This document shows, piece after piece, positions 11,745 to 24,215 of a stretch of DNA of 64,000 nt. Below the pieces are notes generated by a model. It was not told the origin of the DNA and did not search any database. It worked only from the letters and a program-made list of their open reading frames with translations. A program made the translations under genes and the position numbers. Positions within the stretch are counted from its first letter, which is position 1; each line of letters opens with the position of its first letter. Source of the stretch: Oikopleura dioica (Eukaryota > Animalia > Chordata); contig OU015566.1 of the NCBI GenBank assembly GCA_907165135.1, forward strand, positions 4,278,001 to 4,342,000, read 5' to 3'.

Positions 11745-13811
11745 AAATTCGCAAAATCCCCACAAAAGTTACCGATTATTCCAGCGCAAATACGATTAGA
11801 CAATGGCAGTTATTCCGAAATAAGAGGCTTAATCGACACAGGATCCAACTGCAACGTCGTGAACTCAAACATCACTGGACTACCGACAAGGAGAATCGGA
11901 AAAACGCACATTCAAGCCGGAGTCGCCAAGGACAAGGCCTCCACAAACGAAGTCACCACACTCATCCTCAACGACGAGATAACCATCAAAAACTTTACCG
12001 CATTCTTAGTTCCACTACGAGATGATGAACAATTCGACGCTATAATTGGAATGCCGATTTTACAGAACATGACAATTTTCAACTCCCCGAATCGTTACCC
12101 AACACTGGAAATCAACGCTACCAAATCTCAGGATAACATGGTACGAGAACCCAGTGAAATTTCATACGCATCAAACACTCGAGTCGAACCGGGTGAGTCG
12201 AAGTGGATAAAATTCAATCTGTCAAAGCAACAAAAACTCGAGAATCTCAACAACTACGAGAAGATCGAGAACCGAGTGGAAGTAACTTCGCCGCCCAACA
12301 ACTCAACGAAACTAGCGAAAGTGACAAACACATCAACCAAGCCAGTTACTCTTAAAGCTAACCAGATACTCCTGAAGAGACGCGACAACACTGGAAGAGT
12401 TAACAACCTCGTTGCCCTCAAGAACTTACCATCCGCCGAACAAGAGATCATCAAGAAGGAACTTGCAAACTGGAAGAAACATAGACAGACGCTCTCAGCA
12501 AACAACGAAGCAAGAGGACTGCAAGAAAAGCTCAAACTCGTTCCCAAACAACATCAAAAAACCGTCGACGACCTCTTCAAGAAGGAAAGCCATATCCTTT
12601 CGTATACCAAAAGCTGTATAGGATTCCACCCAAAACTCATCGCTACCATTGAGCTAACCAAAGACTACAACATAGTCAACGCGAAGAACTACCCAAGCCT
12701 GGACAAGGAAATGGAGCAAGAAGAAGTCGATAAACTACTGAGAAACAACACCATCGAAGGTTCATTATCGGCTTGGTCATCACCGATGCTTATCATCAAC
12801 AAGGGAACTAAGCGACGCATAGTAGTGAATTTCAGCCATCGTTCAAAAGGGAAGAAAACTGTCAATGAGTCAATCGTCGTACCAAAATACCCAATCCCGG
12901 GCATTAAGGAGATTACCATTCAGGTGACCCAGGCAATCATTGAACTTGGAGAAGTCGAATTCATCCAACTGGATCTAAGCAACGCCTTCTTCTCCATACG
13001 GTTAAAACCCTCCGATCGAAAAATCACAGCCTTCACAAGCAACTCAAAATCGTATCAGTTCACAGTGCTATCACAGGGATTAGCTAGCAGTCCTGGAATA
13101 TTCAGCAAGGTGATGCAAACCACCATCGACGAGATCCCGAAGAAAGAAGACAAATACAGAAAATTCCTTTATTTAGACGATTTGTTAGTAGTGTGCAACA
13201 AGAGATATACGATGGAAGCCCTCACTGATATCATCACCTGCCTCGGCAAACACAACATGATATTGAACGTGGGCAAAAGCAACTTCTTCCAAGAAAGCAT
13301 CAATTTCCTCGGAATGCGAATCTCGTCAAAAGGAATTGAGCTACCGGAAGAGAAAGTCAAAAGCCTCGCACAGCTGAAATACCCGACAACAAAACTTGAG
13401 GCCCAACGCTATTGTGGCGCATACGCCTTCTTCTCAGACGCTATCAGAGGAGTACAGAAGCTTCTCATGCCAATCCAAAAGCAGATCTCAGCGAAAAAAT
13501 TCCAGCTCAACGATGAAATCAAAGCCAGCGTGGACGAGCTCAGAAAGCTCGTTCTAGCGAATAAACGCAGATCTTTCCTGAGATACCCAAAGAAGAAAAA
13601 TGAATACATACTGATCGCCTCCGACGCAAGCTCAGCCCCTTTCCCACTTACCTGTGCAAATTCCATTCATAAAATAAAAAGGACCGGGATGAGGACAGGG
13701 GCTGAGCCGGGGCGAAGGAGCATTGCCACTCAGCGGCAGCCGCGTTCCACGGCAGCCTCCACCGCGGTGGTGCTGCCCCGCTGCGCCGCGGGTGGCTGCT
13801 CCGCCGCATAA
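11745..13811 (+). CDS. pol: Truncated Pol: aspartic protease plus reverse transcriptase, cut off at the start of RNase H; no integrase
   Basis: The frame is open from 11745 and includes LIDTGS (11829-11846). RT motifs LDLSNAF, QGLASSPG and YLDD are present. Homology stops at ILIASDAS (~13630), after which the frame runs into the 3' LTR. Confidence 0.9.
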   Translation, partial: KFAKSPQKLPIIPAQIRLDNGSYSEIRGLIDTGSNCNVVNSNITGLPTRRIGKTHIQAGVAKDKASTNEVTTLILNDEITIKNFTAFLVPLRDDEQFDAIIGMPILQNMTIFNSPNRYPTLEINATKSQDNMVREPSEISYASNTRVEPGESKWIKFNLSKQQKLENLNNYEKIENRVEVTSPPNNSTKLAKVTNTSTKPVTLKANQILLKRRDNTGRVNNLVALKNLPSAEQEIIKKELANWKKHRQTLSANNEARGLQEKLKLVPKQHQKTVDDLFKKESHILSYTKSCIGFHPKLIATIELTKDYNIVNAKNYPSLDKEMEQEEVDKLLRNNTIEGSLSAWSSPMLIINKGTKRRIVVNFSHRSKGKKTVNESIVVPKYPIPGIKEITIQVTQAIIELGEVEFIQLDLSNAFFSIRLKPSDRKITAFTSNSKSYQFTVLSQGLASSPGIFSKVMQTTIDEIPKKEDKYRKFLYLDDLLVVCNKRYTMEALTDIITCLGKHNMILNVGKSNFFQESINFLGMRISSKGIELPEEKVKSLAQLKYPTTKLEAQRYCGAYAFFSDAIRGVQKLLMPIQKQISAKKFQLNDEIKASVDELRKLVLANKRRSFLRYPKKKNEYILIASDASSAPFPLTCANSIHKIKRTGMRTGAEPGRRSIATQRQPRSTAASTAVVLPRCAAGGCSAA

Positions 13812-13870
13812 AGGCTTGGCCACTGTCCGTAGTCCCTCAGTCTTAGCAAGGCCCACACCAGTCATCTACA
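13690..13870 (+). repeat. 3' LTR
   Basis: 181-bp copy of 9843-10023. Confidence 0.95.
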
Positions 13871-13975
13871 GGGTGTCAACATCGATTTCGTGATTTTTGT
13901 TGATTCGATAGTGACACCCTTAATCGAAAAAAAACAGAGCAATTTTCCATTGAAATTTATTTACATGTCAAATCT

Positions 13976-16900
13976 CTAGAATTCTGTGAGTGCATTGAAT
14001 TTTTCTAAAGCAGGTTCGTTCAAAAATGACAAAGATGACAGTAAACTTGAGCTGTAAGGAACTTGGAGGAGGAACAAAGGATGAGGAAGAATCAGCTGCA
14101 CTTGGTCAGGAGCGATTGAAAATGGGAAATTGTCTTCTATGTATTCAACGGCCTTTTCGATATCGTCGATGATTTTGTTTATGTGAAGCAAGAACGCCTG
14201 AAAATAAAGGGAAGAAAAGTACAATTTTCAAACCTTCACGAAAAATGACTCGACATCCAGTTTTTCTTCGATTATCAATTTCAGACGCTCCAATTCATCG
14301 TAAGCTTCATGGAAATCGACGGTTGACTCGAGTCGTTTCTGGATAAAATCATTGAAAAACTCAGCCATTGTCATGTTTTCATTGAAATTCAGCGCTTCGA
14401 AGATTGTTTCAAAAGTGCTCATTTTTGCTCAAACAATTTTTTTTTCATTATTTTTTTTCTTATTTGAGCAAATTCCTTCGCGAACCGTCAAAATTGCGAT
14501 AAAGCAAAGCCAGGTAATTAATTTCCAAGCCAATTTTTTCCCCGAAACAATTCACCGCATCTTCAAAATCTTGAATTCCACCATTTTCCAACTCCATTTT
14601 CGAATCAAGAACCGATTCAAAGCAAGGAATTCCAACATCAAATTCCACCAAGCTATTGTTAAAATGCATTTTATACGTCAAAATATCTTTGAAGCTTTGC
14701 AAATTTGTCTCGTAGACAAGAGAAGGCAAATCGATCGTAAGATGGTCAATGCAATTTTCTGCACCTATGGCATCGAAAGTCTGCGAGCACAGTGTGATGT
14801 TGCCAGCTTTAATGGTTTTTTTTTAATAATTTGAGAGTATTTTGAATGAAATTTGAGGGGGCAAAAAAACCTTTCCTGTTATCATTGATTCATCAAACTC
14901 GAAATTCAAGCTGCCTCTGAAATCTGTAGAGAAAACTAAAGAAGCTTCAGAACTTGAATATTCCACTGTATCCACTTGGGTAATTGTATCGGCCGCTTCG
15001 AACGCTAATTTAAAAGGAACACGATTATCGCTATTGTCGACATTTCGTGCGACATTTAGATCGAAACGTAAGTCACCATATTGGAAGGAACCCGAGTGAC
15101 GGGGATTTTTTTTGTTCAGTTGTCCATTAAATCCAATTGTAAAGTGATCTAGATCGTCGAAATATTTTTTATTGAAATTAAACATCGTGGAGAAAGAGTA
15201 ATCATCTGGAGTCAAGGAGAAGAAAAACACATCGACATAAAAATCTGAAACCCTTATTTCTATTGATCCAGTTTCTGTAAAATTTGCCGCCATTACTTCG
15301 ACAACGTAGTCGTCTTCTTCCGTTGATGTGGTAAAAAATGAAGAAAGCGATGCTTTTTCTTTTTTCTCCGTAGTGTATCCGAAGCCTGAAGAAAAATATT
15401 GCTTATCGCCGATTCCAACAGCACCGATTGAATTGACCGCCAAATACTCTGGAATCTCTTCGAAGATATTTTGCTCGAAATAAATTCTTGCTAGAATTTT
15501 TATTCGTTGGCTGTAGTCGACTTCATAGTCGAGCTTAGAATATATCTTGACAAATTTGTCATTCAACCAAGCCTTGCATTTCGGATTCAAGGGGTTAATT
15601 TCGCATCGAAGACCAGTTGAAAGTGTTGATCCTTGTTCATCTCTAGAATTCAGCTCAACTCCGCCGAGACCAAAATAAAGTGACCCCTCGCTCGTTTCCG
15701 ATTTCCAGGAAAATTCGCTGCCAGAAGCGTCAGTTTCAATTTCCAGATTCATGTTTTCGCCGTAGCTGATTTTGAATGGCTTTTCTTCGCTTTTTTCGAT
15801 TGTTGAAACTTCGCCGTCTTTTTCGACCCTGATCGAGTAGTTTTCACCATCGCCGTCGATGACAACATCCACGTCCATTTTCTCCGAATCAAGGTTGACT
15901 TGAATCCCGTCTTCTGTCGACGAAATCTTCAATTCATCAAAATCCACTGGCGACCAAGAATCTTCAAGCTCGTTTTGAATCGAAATTTCTTGGTCGTTCC
16001 ATCTTGCCGAGAGAAATTCACCATCATGCTGATAGAACACCGAATTGTTCCCGAAGTTCAGGTCGTAGATTTTTTGAGAATCTTCGGTTGGCACAATTAT
16101 TTTCCCGAGTTTTCTGTCCGCGTTCCAAGAAACGGAGCCGGGGCCATCTTCCGTCTCGAAATTGACCCTCCCGATTCTAGAGAAAAATCGAGGGCAGCGA
16201 AGAAGCGTTGTGACGACCTCATTGTTGTTGTCATTCAAGCCGCATTCAGTGGAAACTTTGTAGACTCCTCCAAGGCCTTTGAGGTCGAACTCGAGCTGGT
16301 CGGAAACCGTCACATCGGGGAGAGGGAGGAGACTGGATTTAAAACGGAACTCTTCGCCAGCGTCGAATTCAGAGTCGAAATTATTTGCCAGGTTGAAATT
16401 AACGAAAGATGATTGATCGGATTCAGGGTAAATCGAAAAATTGCCATGTATATTTTTCATTTCTTCGTGGAGATCGACAAAAATCGCTGTAGATAAGAAG
16501 TCCTCGCCAGCCAAGTAGATAGAAGGATGAATGAAGAGATCATACATTTTATCTCCTTCCCAGTTGGTCGCAAGCACAAGGTTCAAATGATGTTTTAGGG
16601 ATTCGATCAAGTTGAATGAAAGTTCAAAACTTTCTTCCTCAGTTGAATAATTAGTCTGTAAACGGCAAGTTGTGTCTTTATGATGAATGTTAAAGAAACC
16701 ATGTATCATCTGTTCTTCTTGTTTACCGACTGACATCGTTAGAATTGTTTTTGGTTGATCTTCCTTTTGACTTGTTATAAATTGTAGCACGAAAGCATCG
16801 GCTCTTCCATCGAAATAACCCGATTGTTCTCCGACTCCAATAATGTCAGTTAAATTGACTCCAAAATAGACGCGATCGAAAATTCTGTAATCAAATAATG

Positions 16901-19900
16901 CATAAGTCTCGTCGTCATTTTTATCGTTGAAATCCATTATAATAGAAATTATATGACTTTCTTCCAAATTGTTTTTCTGAAGCCCAAATCTGAGTTCAGC
17001 ATAAGATCCCAAGAAAGTGACTTTGTATCCTTCTATTTCTGTCAAAAGCTCAGTTTTCTCAAAATTGTTCGAAAGTTCCAGTCGAATCGGCTCGTTAACA
17101 AATGGAAAGAAAACCTGAAGATTCTCGAGACTCTCGTGGAATCGCTTCAATTTGTTATGAGCGGTGTAATACTTAAAGAAACTTTCGAGCAAGCCATTTG
17201 AGTCTTGTTTCTTGATCAAAATCGATCTGTAATCGTGAGAATCCAGAGGGCGCTCTGACTCTAGCGGGTAAAAATCGTGTCGGACCAAGTATGCAACCCA
17301 GTCGTTTTTATCTGACATTGGCTGATACTGTATTCTTGCTACACTTTCCAGATTCTCGCCGACAAGGAAAGATCCGACGAAGTTGCTGATAGTCAAAAGT
17401 TCTGACGTAACTTCATCCGGGTCAAAATTCGCCTGAAAGAGATATTTTTCTTGGCCAAGATTCGCAACGGACATGACTGTTTCTCCGCTACCGAGATTGT
17501 CGTACTCTCCGAAATCCTTGTCCGATTTTAAAAACTGAAGGTCAAATTTCGCCACGAAAAAACACTCAACTCTTTTAGACAGATGGCGACTTATTTCCGT
17601 CGAGAGATTTCTCGAAGCAAGTTGAGTCGAATTTGAAGGATCAACGCCGCAATAAAAATCGGCTTTTTGGAAGTTCTCTTCGCTGATGTCATTTCCCGTG
17701 ATCAAAACTTTCATTCTTCTCGGAATTTCTTCCAACTCCTTGGTTCTTATTTCGACACTTCCTTGGAACTCCTTGTTGACTCGCTGAAGACTGCCATCAA
17801 GACCGACAAGAATATCTTTCGCGTCTTTTCTTATTTTTAGATCAAGCCGATCGCATCGCACAGAAAAATCATCCAGCAATAATTCAACCAACGATTTCTC
17901 CTGCGAGCTCGTGGTTGATTGGCAAATACCCTTCATCGAAATTTCTCTAGGCCAACTGCTGAGAATATCGAAAGATTGAGCGAATTTGACGTTTCTGAGG
18001 CGGATTTTCTTCTCTTTTCCTGAGTCACGTGATGATGTTTCAAGAGCGAGTTCAAGTTCTTGTCGTTTCGTTCGGTTGTCGAGGGCGATTTGCAGGATCC
18101 TGGAAGGCCTCGATCCCTTGATATTCAGTTTTATGTAGGGGCCAAAAAACTCTTCGAGGAAACCCAAGGATGTTGAGAACAACGATGTCATGTCAACCTG
18201 GCCTGATCGCAGAATTCTTCCATTTCCGCTAATTTCTAAATAATGATTCACGCTGTCAATTTTCACGCTCAATTTTGCTAGTCCATTTGTTTCGCCAAAC
18301 ATGAGTGATCGACGAGATCTTAGGTCTGAGAGATTCTCGGAAGCGAGAACTTGAGCGAGTTTCTCCACGAAATCTACTGCAGAATCGCCGGATCTTGAGC
18401 CGATGAATTCGATTCCATTGTCTTGATTGATGTTTTTGAGGGAGTTTTCGAAATGATAAAGTCCTTGGACCGAAAGAGAATCGTCATTTAGATGAACAGC
18501 GAGTTTCGGTCGGAAGTGGATTTTTTCTTGATTCCAAGAGACCATCGTCCAATGCTCGATGTCGAAGTTTTTCAAGCTCGCGAGGATCGATTTGACATCG
18601 ATTTTATTAATGCTCGTTTGAAGCTCATTTACTCTGAATCCCGATTCAAACTCGGCATTTTCAGCGAGCTCTGGAAATTTCTCGTTTTTCCAGCTTGTCG
18701 AGATGATGACTCTTGGTTGATTTTTCAAGTCCAATGCTCCTTGACTCCTCCATTTGATCATTTCCGTTTCGTTTTCGTGATAAATGATCAGGAGATTTTT
18801 CTTGATTTCGTCGAGAATATCGACATCAAGGACAAGATCGCGATTGAAGCCAAAAATGGTCGAGGAAATTTGTTTTGCGCTGTTGATCGATTGAAGCTCG
18901 AATCCAATTTTGTCATAATATTCTCCCGAGCAAGAGGATTTGAAAAGAATCGTCGTGTCTGTAATGTCCCCTGTACTTGAACAATCGAAAACAGGGGCCA
19001 GGGCGTGGCCAATTCTACTCCTTAGCCTCCATCGTTTCTTCTCGAAAAATCGGCTGATGAAGTAAAGGTCGATTTGAAGGTATTTGGACAAAAAGACATT
19101 GTCGACGAGGTGCAGTTCGATGGCATCGTTGATGGCGAAGTCGATTTTGGTTTTCACATCTTCATCCGTTGTCAAGGTAAAATTCATCGATTTGGCAAGA
19201 GTGTCGAGGTTTCCAACGAAATCAGCTCTTTTGTACTTTCCGGGGTATTTGGACTTGCCGCTGATGAAAACCTTTCCGAATCGTCGATACTTTCTGAAGT
19301 TGACGGTCATTCTATACGCAGCTACATCCCCAATTCTCGTCAAATCTCCTGGGTCCTCAATCGGATGAAAAAGTTGAAGCGATCCGATGCTAGACTCGGG
19401 CTTGAATTTCCACTGCCAACCTCCGATCTTTCGAATTTTAGCGCTCGGAGAATTCAGCTCCTTGATTTTTGACAGGACGCCTGTTGAGGCGATTCCTTTC
19501 TTGTCAAAAGCGCTCTGGAAAGTGATGGAATTATTGTCGGCTATGTAGACGCCGTCGATTCGCGCGTCGTTTTCATTGTTGAAAATATCAAGCATGAACT
19601 CATTGTTGACTCCTCCCAGGTCGATTTTCGCGGAAGCAGAAATGTTGGAGAAAATGCTTTCTTCATCGAATTTGTAGTCGACGGAATACGCAATTGTGTA
19701 CTTTTCCTCGCCATCTTCAAAATCCCCTTTGATCTTTTTAAAGTCATCTTGTTCGAAGGCAACTGCATAATTCGACCTGGGAAGGGAATCATACTCAGCA
19801 GGGTCGGAGGTTAAAAGGACAGAAGATATCTTTGCGTTGACTCTTATTTTGTGATCGGCAGAAAGCAGCTTGTAGGTGTCGATGAACAAGTAGCCATTTT

Positions 19901-22900
19901 CAAGTTTTATCAAATATGGGATGTAGAGATTTGCTCGGAGAATTGTTGAAAAATGATCGTCGCCGTCATCTGGCGAATTTCTCAAAAGATAGGAAAGAAG
20001 CAAGTACTCTTCATCGGTAGATTTGACTTTGAGCTCTAGAAGTTCTGGTCGTTGAATGACTGAGGCATCGATATTGAGATCTACTGTTTGTTGAATTTTA
20101 TCTGTGACTTGTGCTTGCTTCGCGAAGATATTTTTCGTTGAGATTTCGTTCTTGAGGGTGAATTCTTTTGATTCTTGCGCTCCATTTATGAGAAATTGCG
20201 ATTTTCCGCCGATGAAAAATCCATTTTCAGTTGGTTGACTGTCTTGAACTTCATTGAATTCGACTTCGAATGCGAGAATTCTGTCTTTTTCCTGAACAGA
20301 TATGAAGAATCTGGCCTCATACCCGAGAATAACAATATCATGGTCTTTTTTCGCGAAAGAAGCATCCGTTGATAGAGTTTTAGAATCGTTCAGATTAATT
20401 TCTGCGCTTTGGGAAATCAAATTATCCCCGAAATTTCCTCTGATTCCGATTGAGTAAGTATTTTTTTCATCAAAATCGTGATCAATTTTTACCCCTGCTT
20501 GTTGATCAAGAAGTGATGTTTTTAGCGAAAGGGATGTCCCCGTCGAATTATGAAAGAAACCAAAGGATTCGTCGATTTGCAGCGCTTTTGAGACATTTTC
20601 TTGCAGCAAAAATTTTGCCTCGAATTTGGAGCTTTCATCATTTTGAGAAAGACGGATAAAGATAGTATTTGCAAGGTCGAAAGTTGATCCATATTTGGCA
20701 AATGCTGCCCAGCCTCCACCGAAGTTGAGATATTCTTTCTCACCTGAAACCGTCCAAATTTGATTTCCTGATGCAAAAGAGACGTCTAAAAGTTCCGAAG
20801 GCAAGTCGGTTTTTAATTGGAATTGAACTTTCTTCTCCTCGGCCGAAATTAATGTGTATAAATGCAAAAACTCATCGCCGAATTTGCCATCAAGATTCAA
20901 GTCGACAAAAAATGGCTCTGAGAGAAATTTAATTCTCCCTTCAATGAAATCCTCAACAGTCACGTGCCACGAATCATCGAGCTTCTTCATCTTGAAAACC
21001 AAATCCGGGAAGACCTCCGGCGCTGATATCGTCCAATTGTCAGATAGAATTGCTTTTGGTTTTTCAGAGACGCCGAGTTGAAACTTCGGCGGGCTGATTT
21101 TTCCGAACATTTCGACGTTGCCGAAGCTGTCGAGTGCGAAATTCAGCTCGGTCTTGACTTTTGTTTCCTCCATGACGCTGATTTGATAACTTTCCTCGAA
21201 TCTCGCTCTGTTCAAACTTACATCGACATTGAACTCCAAATTTATGTCGGAAGAAAGTAGAAGATTGACGCCCCTGATGGATGAAAAGGCCCAATCGAAT
21301 TCAAACTGATTCGCGCCAATAAGACATCCAGAAAAGTCCATATAGTCGCCGTAAATAGAAGGGATGGAGAAATCCGTCATGAGAAGAATTTCATTGAAGT
21401 TGAGATCTATCTCGCCTGTCTTTAGCTCCGGGAGGAGGTTTGAATAATCACCAGTCCACCAGTTCCACTCAAAAAGCTCCTTCATTCGCTCCAAATCGCC
21501 ACTGTCGAATTGAGTGCTCACCATTTTTCTTCCAAAAACTCCGATTTCTGCGCCGATGCCAATTTTTGAATTATCCTCGTTGATTTTTCTTATTTCCAAA
21601 GAAGCTAGATCGAATGTTTCGCCATAAAATGTCAAGGAAGCATTTGAGTAAAGAAGCTCAGGAAGCATTGATTCTGAATCGTCCGCGAAGATTGTGAAGC
21701 CTTCTACTGTTGCTGAGTGGAAGTCGGTCGGGACATGAAGATTGATGAAAGAGCTTTGAAGGGATGAGGGGTCGAACGGGAGATCCAGGTTGAAGATAAA
21801 AGGCTTCAAGTACCAACGGGTAGGGTCGGAAGAGAATTGGATTGAGTGCATGTAGCTCTTGATAAATGCCTTTTTTGAATAATAATCGCTTAGAGTCATT
21901 CATAAATTTTGAAGCATAATCTAGCCAAGGGTTTTATACGCTGATACAGCTAATATTAATTTAAAGTGTTCGATTTTGGTGAATAAAAATATTATAAATT
22001 CTGCTGTGTTTGTATTTATTTCTGGTTTTTGTTTTATGATGAATGAACGAATACTTTTATCCAATCCTGTAGTTGAACCGAGCTCAAGAACTCAAAATTC
22101 CTCTCCAACTTCGCCATCTTCTCACTCGTCGGACAGACCATCCATTTCAGAAAAGCCCTTGCTCTTATCTCCGTTGAATCATGTCCGAAGAAAATCAAGT
22201 CCTCATAAAATCCAGAAAGATCTTCGCACTGACCATCGTTCGCTCCAGAAATGAGGACTCTATCCAATTCTTCATTTTGATGAAAACATTTGAAGATGGA
22301 ATTTTGGTCGATCAGTCCTTTTTCCGAGAGAATTCTTTTTGTTGCCAAGTCGCAGTTTTCCTCTTTGTTTTCAGTAAAGAAATTGATGAATTCGATCATT
22401 TTTTGCTTTTCTAGCGCCATTTTCGATGACATCTGGGGAAGAAAATTGATGAAAGCAGCGAATTTCAAAGGGTTGTTGTTTTCCAGATTCATGATTTTTT
22501 CGAGAAGCGGTTTTGAAAATTCAGTTCTCGTCAAAATCATCTTCGAAATTTCATCATCGGAAAGAATCTTCGTCTCTTCCGCGGCTTCAAGACAATCGAA
22601 AGAATCGCACCACGTGATAACCGTCCTGAAAAGCTTCCTCCATTCTTTCTCATTGAAAGAGCATTTGTAGCTTAGTTCGTCAAACAAGTCGACCAGCTGA
22701 TCTGCCCGCGCGCGTCGAAAATATTTGCTCAGCTCGTGAGTTACCCCTGGCTTTGGACCCAAGCTGCAGAGTTTTTCGAAGGCTTCGCCGATCGGCAAAT
22801 CGAACTCGGAGGAACTTTGTTTGACCTTGGCGAGTTCAAGAGTGTCTTTTTTAAAGTTCGAAAGGTCGAAGTCAAATTTTGACGGAAATGAAAAAAATGG

Positions 22901-23539
22901 CTCAAGCTCTATTTTCGTATGAATTTCGGCTGATTTCGTTATATGACTTTCGAGGCACTTGAATTTCGAATCATAGTTGATGCAGGTTAGGGTAGAATTG
23001 ACAAGAGGGACTGCTTGAGCGATGATTTTCGTCGCCACATTTTTCGATTTTCCTGAACAATGCGCCAGGTTTTTTCTCCAGCTGAAGCCGTTTCCGTCTT
23101 TGCTAAATTTAGTGGCGCATTTTCCATTGTAATCTTCAACCAAATAGTCTATCTCTTCAGCTTCGTTCTCTTCGTTGAAAAATTTTTCGTGCTCGAAAAT
23201 TGAAGCGACAATTTTCAGATCATTCAGCGAAGCGTCGTTTTTCGAAGTTGAGCAGTAAGTGTTTTCATTTTTCAAGAGCAGAGATCCAGAAGACTCGAAA
23301 ACATGGCATTGCGAATTTTCTGATGTTTGAGTTTTTATAACGATTCTTTCTTGAGCTTGGTTTGATTTTTCATCCACATCAAACAGATTTGTTGGTTTGT
23401 ATTTTGTTAATTCGTAGGAATGAAATGCATCAGCAGTAGCTTCAAAATCGCACTTTTCAAGCGTTGATTGAGAGCACTCTTCTTGCGATAAAGCAGATTT
23501 GATGAAAAAAAGAAAGAGTATTTTATATTTTTCTCTCAT
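13976..23539 (-). CDS. Large lipid transfer protein (apoB/apolipophorin/vitellogenin superfamily), ~3000 aa, multi-exon with one ~7-kb exon
   Basis: Signal peptide MREKYKILFLFFIKSALS. LLT N-domain motifs EDYNGKCATKF...RKNLAHC and FADDSESMLPELLYSNASLTFYGETFDL resemble apoB. A 2358-aa beta-rich ORF follows. Short C-terminal exons at 14460-14800, 14228-14422 and 13976-14200 look amphipathic-helical. Confidence 0.75.
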
Positions 23540-24215
23540 GATTTTTTCGCTTTTACGAAATGCACGAGATGTAAGCTAGTCTACGGGTTCATTTGAAGAG
23601 GATCAACAACTCAAGCAGATGCAGTAAACAACTGCGAAACTGTCCCCAAACATAAGGAGCAAAGGTGAGCTGGGGTTTTCAATTTCGGTTCACATTTTAT
23701 CATCTTGTGGGAATATTTAAGGAAACCCAGAGCGAGAATTTTGAATGAATAAAAAGATTTTTTGCAAAGAAACAGTTGACAAAGTAAATAACAAGAAATT
23801 AGATTCTTTTTTGCAATAAAATTTTCGGAGAATAAAAAAAACTGTAAAAACCATAAGTTCGGTGAGAATCTGACGTATCAGTATTTTATTTAAGATCAAT
23901 TTGTTGAAGACAAATAACTACTATCGTGTGTCCGTTGATGCCGTATCAGACTTAAATGATTAAACATTATTAAATTCATAAAGATATATTGACTAAAAAG
24001 GCTCAAAATGATCTTTTATGATAGCTCAAAGAAACAGATACCTTGTTAGACAGGGCTTCTTTCGTAACTTCTCATTTTGAAAGTTTTTCCGAATATGTTC
24101 AATTTCAAATGATTCAAGTCTATTCACAATATTTCAAATATTTACTTTTGCTTATTTGACGCTCTCTCGCTCGCGGCGCATTTTCACCGAAATTTAAAAA
24201 AAAAAAGAGAAAAAA

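Larger units (their letters stand above)
9843..13870 (+). mobile_element. Internally deleted Ty3/gypsy-type LTR retrotransposon (Tor-like), 4028 bp, 5-bp TSD GGGTG
   Basis: Two 181-bp TG...CA LTRs (9843-10023, 13690-13870) that look identical by eye. GGGTG lies at 9838-9842 and 13871-13875. PBS-like TGGTGACTGAAG at 10025, purine-rich tract before the 3' LTR, gag and pol inside. Confidence 0.95.
9834..13923. mobile_element. Small TTAAGGGTG...CACCCTTAA palindromic MITE interrupted by the LTR element
   Basis: Removing the LTR element and one TSD copy gives ttaagggtgtcaacatcgat...gatagtgacacccttaa. An intact relative lies at 53894-53970. Confidence 0.75.

Noticed and set aside
15900-21294. Several plus-strand ORFs of 60-170 aa within the large lipoprotein gene
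   Set aside because: Antisense shadows of a long coding exon, with no independent motifs.
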